Of a stretch of 64,000 bases of DNA, positions 55,895 through 64,000 are shown in pieces. Source of the stretch: Blastocladiella emersonii ATCC 22665 (Eukaryota; Fungi; Blastocladiomycota). Under the pieces are notes generated by a model, which had not been told where the DNA came from, did not search any database, and saw only the letters and a program-made list of their open reading frames with translations. The position numbers and the translations under genes were made by a program. The stretch covers positions 4,836,001 through 4,900,000 of the forward strand of contig JANHCV010000001.1 in NCBI GenBank assembly GCA_025594325.1. The letters run 5' to 3'. Every line of letters begins with the position of its first letter. The first letter of the stretch is position 1.

Positions 55895-56424
55895 TACAAA
55901 TGAACGTAATGGTGCGCCACTGCTCGCAGTGCGAGCTACAGAGCCAGTTCACGTAGCACTGTTCTGTTCCGCTTTTGGGCCTTCGCTCACACTACGTGAC
56001 AAAATGCACTCTTAAAGCTGATCCAGTCCCATCCGTCACATTTCTCTCGCAGATAGCGAATTGCAGTCAACGAGCGGATCTGCAGCGTGTCTCGCAACGT
56101 GTGCGAGACAGTCACGTGAGTGGCGCATCGCGTCCCCTCCCCCCTCCCGCACCGGCGAGGTCTGCACAAACACGAATGCCCGGCTCGCGTATAGCATAGC
56201 ATCTGCATGGAGCTCAATTCCCTGAAACTCTTGAAAAGCACGCCAGGATTGAATGCGTAGGCCACGGCAATCATCATTGAAAACCTGCGTGGTGGAGCAG
56301 GCAGCGCAGCGCACTTGGCGCTGGAACGCGAACCCGCTAGATGGTCCGGTTGCTCTCATGGAATGCTTTCCACGTTGGATGGACTTCAATAACAACAATA
56401 CATAGAGCACCGCGAACAGACGTA

Positions 56425-58341
56425 TCACAATTTGGTCGCCACCGTGAGCTGCTTGAGGTGCGTAAGCGAGTTGAGGCTCGTTCGAACAGCGTCGCTGATG
56501 CTGACCGCCTCGATCTTGACGTCCTCGAGATTCGGCCACAGGTCCACCGGGATTTTTTCAGGCGAACCGCGGACTTTAAGTTTGCGCAGCTGAGCGAGCT
56601 GCACATGGCGAAGGACGTGGCACATGGATGCCGAAATATCCAGGTCGCGGAGATACGGAAAGTGAGGTTGCTCGTTAATCTTGAAGTAATCGTCCCGCGC
56701 ATGAACCCCTGGAATCACGATACGCCCAAGCTTTGGTGACATGAGAGACAATTTTAGTAAGTCCCAGTCGTCCCACTTGGCGTAAGCATGGCAACCTTTG
56801 TGCTCGCGCGCCATGCGCACCTCGCGAAGGGCGGGAAACGCAGGCCAAAACTGTAAATCGATGTGGGGAGAACACTTGACCATGTAAGCTTGGGCCTTGT
56901 CACTGTGAAGTTGCGGAGGCGCGGGGTAGTTCATGGTTGCGTGGCACCATTCGGACATGTCGTTGTGGAGGACGAGAGTTTGAAGGACAGGAAACGCGAA
57001 ATCACCAGAGTTGAAGTTTGAGGTCGACGTGAACAAGCCGGTTACGCATGAGAGGGTGAGTTCGAGTGATCGCAGGCTTGTCATGGATGCAGAAACGTTG
57101 GAATAAAAACAGCCCGATAGGCCACCTGTGGCAAGTACTGCCAAGTACTCAAGGTGCGGATGCGTCAACATGCTTTGGAACTGTTTGGGACAAAGCGATT
57201 CCCCGCGCAGTGTGAGGGACCAGATGCGTCGGTAAGCGCAAGGCTGTGAATTGTCAAATTTGTAACCATTGTCCAAAGCAAGCCCTGCCTCGACCTCATC
57301 CGTAGCACTGCTCTCCTCCTCGTTCAAATTACTTGGTGTAGGGAGAAGTGTTTCTCCTGCCTGAGGCGCGGCTGCTGCTTGAAGCGGATCGCCCACGAGG
57401 TAGCCTAGACCAAGCCGACGCAACTGTCGAACTTGGTTTTTGGTGAGGATCAACGAGTTGGTCGAGGGCTCGGCGTGATAATTCAGGTATTGGGATTCAA
57501 AGTCGAGGTCGCGCACGCCCAGCGGGACGAGGTCCAATATTGAGCCCACACCGCGGTTGGAGAAGCAATATGTCGCAGCGTGCGGAAAGCAGCGAGCGAG
57601 GGCAGCTGTAAAATCGAGAATACCTGCGGACACGGAGCGTACCGTGAGGAACTTGATTGCAACCGGGTCGAGTTCCTTGAGGAAGGGAAGACGATTAAGG
57701 TCGCGCGGACCGCAATATGATGAGAAAAAGGCCTGTTCTTCGATCCCGTCAAGGATCGAAAGTGACGACACAAGCGGAAGCGGAAACGGGACGAAAACAA
57801 GGTCGTCGGTGACTTCGCAAGCAGAGACGACTTTTGAAAGCGCAGTTTGATCAATAAAGTGCGACCACAACGAAGCCAGGCCCGTGCGAACCCGGTCGAG
57901 CTCGGAGCATGCGTTCGCTTGGGATGCCATGCACAGCTTGCCGCCGCGAACCACAAACGGGTAAACAAAGGGAGCCTCCGAGTACGTCCAAGGGCAAGGA
58001 AGTAGTGGGGAAGTGTTCCGGTTTCGGGGGACCTGTAAATTGGGAACGGGAAGCGCGTCGATCATACGGTCCCACTTGGACGGGAATGGGTCCATTGCAT
58101 CAAGACGGAGTCCGAGGACCAGCTCGCCAAAGACATGGGGGCGGGATGCAATGTAAGCCGCACGGCTAAGGTTACCGAGGCGGAACAGGTCCCAGCGCCA
58201 CGTATCAGCATCGTCCTTCGAGTCACGGCCTCGAGCCACGATGAGGCCGACGACAACTTCCCAAAGTTCAACGGGCAGGTCAAGATTGGGAGCCTTTGGT
58301 GGCGCTATTGCATCAAGTTTCATGTGTTCAAATTGCTCCAT
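56425..58341 (-). CDS. F-box/LRR-like protein (tandem paralog 1)
   Basis: MEQFEHMKLDA...DLPVELWEVVV...WRWDLFRLGN is F-box-like. Later SLRSLELTLS, VLQTLVLHND, LRDLDISA and LRKLKVRG are LRR-like. Confidence 0.7.
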   Translation of the reverse strand: MEQFEHMKLDAIAPPKAPNLDLPVELWEVVVGLIVARGRDSKDDADTWRWDLFRLGNLSRAAYIASRPHVFGELVLGLRLDAMDPFPSKWDRMIDALPVPNLQVPRNRNTSPLLPCPWTYSEAPFVYPFVVRGGKLCMASQANACSELDRVRTGLASLWSHFIDQTALSKVVSACEVTDDLVFVPFPLPLVSSLSILDGIEEQAFFSSYCGPRDLNRLPFLKELDPVAIKFLTVRSVSAGILDFTAALARCFPHAATYCFSNRGVGSILDLVPLGVRDLDFESQYLNYHAEPSTNSLILTKNQVRQLRRLGLGYLVGDPLQAAAAPQAGETLLPTPSNLNEEESSATDEVEAGLALDNGYKFDNSQPCAYRRIWSLTLRGESLCPKQFQSMLTHPHLEYLAVLATGGLSGCFYSNVSASMTSLRSLELTLSCVTGLFTSTSNFNSGDFAFPVLQTLVLHNDMSEWCHATMNYPAPPQLHSDKAQAYMVKCSPHIDLQFWPAFPALREVRMAREHKGCHAYAKWDDWDLLKLSLMSPKLGRIVIPGVHARDDYFKINEQPHFPYLRDLDISASMCHVLRHVQLAQLRKLKVRGSPEKIPVDLWPNLEDVKIEAVSISDAVRTSLNSLTHLKQLTVATKL

Positions 58342-58987
58342 GGTAGTGTTATGCTGCAGCGAATGTGGGAAGCGGGCCGGGAACGAAGTCCAAACTTTGA
58401 AGCGCCACCGAATCGATGCAGCCGCCCGGATCACGGGTCCGATCACGCAACTCTGGAACGACACGCGCTCCTGTCCGCCTCGCACGCAGCGGGAACATGA
58501 AAATATGAGAACGTTAGCGAGAGTATATATCAAACGTTTAGGTCTAACATCAATTTCGGCTGAAAGCAAGCGCCGCGCTTGCATGACCGCCGGGTGAAGG
58601 ACGGCCCGTCCTTCACACAAGTGCTTGATCGCACCTCGCTGTGCGGGTTTGGCCTCAGGGACTGGACATTTGGCGCCAACGACTGTACAACTCGAGCCGG
58701 CCTTACCATATCTTCGCGCCATTGGGGTTAGCTTGGCGGTCGTCCTGATGTGCTCTCGGTTCTTGTGGAGCCTGCGCTAGGCCCGGGTGTTGAGATCCTT
58801 TCGTTTTGTATAGTGCGTGACGTGGGAAAACTCGGGCAGTTATCGCTAGACACCATTGAGAGTTCGACTAAAGAACTGTCAATCTCCTTGCCAAGCGCAG
58901 CGTACGGTTGAACGATGCGCCGCGGGATGGGACTCTCCAGAAACCATAACAAGACTTTAAATTCGACAAATGATACTAGCAAGAGCA

Positions 58988-60757
58988 TCAGCAAGATTGG
59001 CCCAAGGTGAGCGAGGTCAGGCGCGGCAGCAACGCCAGCTTGGCTCGCAGCGCGGAGCGAATTTTCACGGGCTCGAGCTTTATGACTTGAAGCGTCGGCC
59101 AAAATTTGAAGGCCGAGCTACCGATTGCTCCCCGAACCGTCAGATTCCGCAGCACGGGCAGGCTCGAGAAACGCTCGAGCAATATGCAAACAGAAGCATG
59201 GGCATCGAGCTCAACTAGGCATCCAAACTCGCTGGGATTCACGACCACGTCAAGTCGCGAGTACACGGTGGGGATTGAAAGCTTTTCGAGGCGTGGGGCT
59301 CTTTGAGACAGTGCGCACAGGTCGCTGAGTTGAACAAAAGAGCGAGCCCGGAGTCCTCGATACTCGGGTTTCACAATCAAGCTGCGAAGGTTCGGGAGGA
59401 TTGGAAGCCAGCCAAGAGATAGCTCTGGGACAAGAAAGTCCGTGCCGTTTCTGTCAAGCACGAATTGTTTGTAAAAGGACGGGTCCAGCAGCGGGCCAGT
59501 ATGACTTTCCCGTGCAATCTCGGTCTTGTCGTTGAACAGAATGAGCGTCTCGAGCACGGGAAACGAGGATTCGAGGCAGATCATGGTTGGTGCGAGGCGA
59601 TTTTGCCGAAAGACACCATTCAAGGCCGAGTATGAGAGCTCCAACTCGCGCAGGGTCGACCCTGTGATAACGATCGCATCGTTGTTGCGAAAGACAAAAG
59701 AGTGGTGCGCGAGGATGGACAGTCGCTCCAACTTCGCATACATGAAAAGCTGATCCGGGCTGGCACATTGCCCAAGGAGACCAATCAAAGTAAGCGATCT
59801 GTGCTGGGGCCGGGTTGGTGAGTTTGACAGACCAAAAATCCAGTCGTGAACAAGGCGGGCTCGTACACGCGCAGGTTCCGGATGTTCCAAAGGCTGGGCC
59901 AGGATCGCGGGCGTGACGTTGAAATCGTTGTCGCCCCAATCCAGCTTGATTGCTTCGGCGCTGAGCGGACAGAAAGTCCGCGAAGTGTCGTCGGGGAAGA
60001 ACATTTGCATGTGGCACTTGGATACTCGCGGGAATCGGCTGCAAAGAAACGTGGCGAGCTTGCTGAGGTCGTCAGATTTAGATCGCAGGGTCAGCTGCCG
60101 GACCGCGCTGTCAGGAATTACTGAGAGAAAGTCGAAGTCCCGAAGCTCATACGGCGCCGGCACACCTGGAGTTCCATCTCCGGTACGACCAAAGTCGCTG
60201 ATAATCGTCAGCGAAGACACGAGGGCCAAGGGATACGGAATCAACACAAGTCCGTTCGTGACCATCGGAGTGAGCTCGGCGGCTGCGGAAGCATCGAGGA
60301 CGCTCGACCAGAGCGAGCGCAGACCAGATTGGACGTGCTCGATTGCGTCCGTTGGTCCGGCGAGCGAAGCAAGGTACAAACACCCGCCGCAGTCGACAAA
60401 AGGGTGTACGACCGGCAGTTCCGACATTTGGCGAACGCGCTGGACTAGAAACGACGCATCTGGGTCCGCGACTGGACGCAAGTTTGGGAAAGGCAGATTG
60501 GCTGTGAGCGGGTCCCAGGCCGGCAGGAGCGGGACCGTGAGATCAGCGCGGAAACCGATTACCAGGTCTCGAAACAATCGTCTGCGTGTGACTGAGTAGA
60601 AGAGGCGGCAAGCGTTGCCGAGACGAAGGAGATCCCACCGCCACGACTTGCCGTCAATGTGCTCGACAACGACCTGCCACAATTCGACGGGCAGGATTTG
60701 ATAAAAAGCATCCTGGGACTCTTTTGCATCGAGTCGCATGTTCTGGATTCGTTCCAT
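58988..60757 (-). CDS. F-box/LRR-like protein (tandem paralog 2)
   Basis: MERIQNMRLDA...ILPVELWQVVV...WRWDLLRLGN, TLRELELSYS, VLETLILFND and LRNLTVRG are collinear with paralog 1. Confidence 0.7.
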   Translation of the reverse strand: MERIQNMRLDAKESQDAFYQILPVELWQVVVEHIDGKSWRWDLLRLGNACRLFYSVTRRRLFRDLVIGFRADLTVPLLPAWDPLTANLPFPNLRPVADPDASFLVQRVRQMSELPVVHPFVDCGGCLYLASLAGPTDAIEHVQSGLRSLWSSVLDASAAAELTPMVTNGLVLIPYPLALVSSLTIISDFGRTGDGTPGVPAPYELRDFDFLSVIPDSAVRQLTLRSKSDDLSKLATFLCSRFPRVSKCHMQMFFPDDTSRTFCPLSAEAIKLDWGDNDFNVTPAILAQPLEHPEPARVRARLVHDWIFGLSNSPTRPQHRSLTLIGLLGQCASPDQLFMYAKLERLSILAHHSFVFRNNDAIVITGSTLRELELSYSALNGVFRQNRLAPTMICLESSFPVLETLILFNDKTEIARESHTGPLLDPSFYKQFVLDRNGTDFLVPELSLGWLPILPNLRSLIVKPEYRGLRARSFVQLSDLCALSQRAPRLEKLSIPTVYSRLDVVVNPSEFGCLVELDAHASVCILLERFSSLPVLRNLTVRGAIGSSAFKFWPTLQVIKLEPVKIRSALRAKLALLPRLTSLTLGQSC

Positions 60758-60958
60758 GGTTGTGTTCTGCTGGTACAGGGAGAGCGGGAGTCGCAGAGAG
60801 GCGCCACGCCTCGACCAGCGCCCTGACCAGCAGCGCGTCGACACGTCGGTCATCATCAGCTCAGCCCATCACGGCATGAACAGCTGCTCACTAGGCTGGA
60901 TAAGAAAAATCGTTCAAGTTAATGTGGTATAACGTATCAAAAAATCCCATCGAGACAA

Positions 60959-62787
60959 TTAGTTGCGGCGCTTGAGCTTGATCTCGATGCCCGTGGCGTG
61001 GAGCAGGCCGCCAGTCGGCGTCGTGTCGGGGACACCCGCGAGCGCGGCCTTGTTGCCCGTGACGGTCCATTCGTAGCGGAGGAGCATCATTGAGAGGATG
61101 ACGCGCTGCTCAATGATCGAGAACGACTGGCCGAGGCAGATGCGCTGGCCGCCGCCGAACGGGATCCACTTGAAGTCGTGCGCGCTAGGGTTCATGGCCA
61201 TGACCTTGTCCTCGTTGGCGAGGAACCGCTCCGGCTTGAACTGCAGCGCGTCGTCGCCCCAGTAGTTGCGCGCCGTCTGGATCGCGAGCACGCGCAGCCA
61301 ACCGGAGTGCCCTTGGGCAGGCGCATGCCGTCCGACAGCTCCTTCTCCTCCATGAGTTCGCGCACGGGCATGGCGGGGAGACTCGGGAAGGCACGCATGG
61401 TCTCCTTGATGATGGCTGTGAGGTACAGCATGTTCTGCTGCTCGTCGTTGGTCGGGAACGGGAACTCGCCGGCCGCCGTGCCCTTGTCCGCGTCGCCCAT
61501 GACCTTGAGGACCTCGGCGCGCGCCTTGTGCTGGATCTCGGGGTTCATGCTGAGCATGTACAGGGCGAACGTGAGCGCGTTGGCCGTGGTGTCGTGGCCG
61601 GCGATGAAGAAGGCGACCGTGTTGGCGCGCAGCTCCTCGCGCGAAATGCCGCCCGACTCACTCGCCTCGACCATGAGCGCGAGCAGGTCCTTGGCGTCGT
61701 CGTCGCCCGACATTTCGGCGCCCGCAGCGCGGCGCTTGGCGGCCTCGGCGGCCTTGGCGTCGATCAGCGAGAAGATGTACTTGTTGAACGTCTCGACCGA
61801 CTCGGCGTACTTCTGGAAGCTGGGCATAAACTTGGTGAAGGGCGCGAGCAGCATGAACTTGGCGCTGAGCAGGTCGTTCATGACCGCGTTGTAGGTCTTG
61901 ACGAGGGGCGTGTTGGGGTCCTCGAGCGAGCCGAAGTTAGTGCCGAACGCGGCCTGGGACAGCGCGTCGAGCGTCATGCGCTGCATGAAGTCCGAGACGT
62001 CCACGGCCGTGTCCTCGGTCTCGAGCTTGTCGAGCTGCTCGAGCAGCGAGCGCGCGGGAGTGCCGAAGAGCGACTTGGCCCAGCCGCGGCGGAACGCCGG
62101 GTTGACAACCTTGCGCTGGCGCTTCCAGGTCGACGTCTGAGTAGGTGGAGAAAGAAATGTGTTAGTAGTCGCACGAAGGAAGTTCACCGACTGTGAAGCG
62201 TACCCGCGTCATGGCGACGTTGTCGCCGAGGAAGGCGCGGCTGACGGGGTTGGGCATCTTGGACACGTCCATCTTCTCGAACTGCTCGTGGCCCGTCAGG
62301 AGCATCTTCGCGTCCTCGGGGTTGGCCACCACGACGGTCCAGCGACCCATCCTACATCAAAAACATTGTGAGTATGAAGGTTTCGGCTTCAGTAAGAGCG
62401 CGGGCGCGAAGGCACTTACATCCAGTTGAGCCACATGCGCGGCGTCTGCTCGGGCGACGTGATGGCGCCGCGGCGGAGCGCGTCCTCGCGGAGCAGCTTG
62501 ATCAGCTCGGGGCGCCAGTTGAGGAAGCCCTCGCCCGAGGTCATGAACTTGATGGTTTTGCTGATGGGGACTCGCGGCAGGTGGCGGAGGTGCGGCGGGA
62601 CGCGGAACATCTTCCACCACAGGCGACCCGTGAGGACGGCGATGACCGCGAGCGCGGCGAGGAGCGACGACTTGCCCGGGCCAAGCAGCTGGGCGAGCTG
62701 CGTGAGCGGGGCCAGGCGCTGCTCGAGGTGCAGCGGCTCGAGGGCCTTGGTGACAGAGTTCAGGAGGGTGCTCGAAGTCGATGGCAT
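60959..62787 (-). CDS. Cytochrome P450, multi-exon, with a 1-nt frame break at ~61298
   Basis: It has I-helix FFIAGHDTTA, K-helix KETMR, FKPERF and the heme motif WIPFGGGQRICLG. The N-terminal anchor is SLLAALAVIAVLTGRLWW. Confidence 0.9.
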
Positions 62788-63748
62788 GGTTTTGTGTGGT
62801 TGAGTATCAGTTTGAAGGAAGGCAGTGCGAGCGGGCGCTGGCCGCTTCATATAGCCCTCAGCGGCCGGCATATGCGCCGCGCTTGGACTGACTGTCAGGT
62901 CCTTTCGCTCCCGCCGCTTCCGACGGACCACGGATTCACACGCGTGCGCGGGAGGCATTGGGCGGCGGCGTTGAGTGCACGGAGCGCTTGATCGCGCATG
63001 CTGGCCCGGTCGGTCCGTCGGACGTGTGCGTGGCTGCGCCACCCTGAACGCGCTGAGCCACCGCCACTCCTGACCACCTCGCAAGTGCCCATTGACGAGG
63101 CTTACATGGCGACGCGAGTGGCAGCGGGAGCGGTCACAGTCATGTTGGTTCGTAAGATGGTCGATTTGTTGCTAGGGTCGGTAGGTCGATGGTTTTCATC
63201 GTCAACCGGCCAGAGCCGCGCTTTATAGGTCTGGCTCACAGCCTCGCTATCCGATGCGCTTGACGCTCGCGGGTAATGACGCGCTCAGGCATCCATTTTC
63301 CGTTGAGCGCGAAGTCAAGAAAGACGGGCTGCGCGTCGACGCGTCGTGCCGCGTTACCGCTCCCAAGGTGCTGAAAGCAGTCCGGTAGACTCCCTGTGTA
63401 CCGTGGACAGAGAACACACGGCTGCCGAGTGTGTGTGCCAGCGCGGCGGTGCGTCTCCGGAATCGGTGCCATCCGCACTGCGCGATCGGAGCGCTACTCC
63501 GAGCCACCGGGTACTTTGTACTTACGTCGGGCCGGGTACGCGGAAGACGCGTCGCGTCGCCTGGCGATGTATGTGGCTGTGATTTGAAACGGTGATCGGC
63601 CCCTAGCGACCGGCCACGTGGGCTGGAGTGATTTGATGTCGCAACTCGCCCCTCGCCACTGCTCGCGCTCATCGACGCGTCTTGCGCGTGCCTGTGCCGA
63701 GTGTGGGATCCCGAAACGAAGCAAATTAAACACACGTAGCAAATCGCC

Positions 63749-64000
63749 ATGGCCGAGGAGCTCACACGCGCGCTCAAGTCGAGCGCCGTCCCCGCGGCCG
63801 AGAAGCTCTCGCTCGCCGCGGCCGCGTTCCGCAACCCGCGCCTACGTCTGCCGCGCAAGGCCGAGTTCCTCGCCGACTGGCTCGTGAACCTGATCTTCAA
63901 GTCCCGCACCTGGGAGAATCTCGCCTTCGACACCACGCCGATCCTCGGCCCCGCCTACTGGTCGCTCCTCACCGAGCTGCTCGCGTCGCCCGCGCTGCAG
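63749..64000 (+). CDS. 5' part of a protein resembling nucleolar pre-ribosomal factor Urb2/Npa2 (partial)
   Basis: MAEELTRALKSSAVPAAEKL...LPRKAEFLADWLVNLIF...YWSLLTELL resembles the Urb2 N-terminal pattern. It is open to the window end. Confidence 0.45.
   Translation, partial: MAEELTRALKSSAVPAAEKLSLAAAAFRNPRLRLPRKAEFLADWLVNLIFKSRTWENLAFDTTPILGPAYWSLLTELLASPALQ

Noticed and set aside
1-64000. tRNA or rRNA genes
   Set aside because: No cloverleaf with A/B boxes and no rRNA-like sequence was seen by eye. A tRNAscan-SE or Infernal run would be needed to exclude divergent ones.

Overview
This is a gene-dense, very GC-rich eukaryotic window with short GT(ACG)...YAG introns. The gene content (flagellar ODAD4/TTC25, Sar1/Gap1-type RasGAP, Trs120, an early-diverging-fungus-like P450) suggests a zoosporic fungus such as a Blastocladiomycota; this is an inference. 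Bases 1-47 kb are mostly housekeeping genes: RasGAP, ODAD4, GNAT, ADAM protease, a long coiled-coil protein, a BTB protein, EMC5, TRS120, WRAP53, an SLC35/TPT transporter, a kinesin, ASC-1/TRIP4, an MDC1-like protein, DUF829 and GBF1/Gea. Bases ~48.3-60.9 kb form an accessory block, much of it visibly lower in GC, with three F-box-like genes and orphan ORFs. Inside that block lies a Fanzor1-like (eukaryotic TnpB) RuvC nuclease with all three catalytic residues, followed by a structured ~230-nt candidate omega-RNA. Two unexplained signals stand out. One is four dispersed copies of an exactly 56-nt hairpin with co-varying arms, arranged as two ordered pairs. The other is a small protein carrying four FVGG(N/D)P(D/A)TW(A/S)P repeats. 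Several single-base frame breaks in otherwise intact genes look like assembly indels. Exon boundaries were read by eye, and no searches or folding programs were run.
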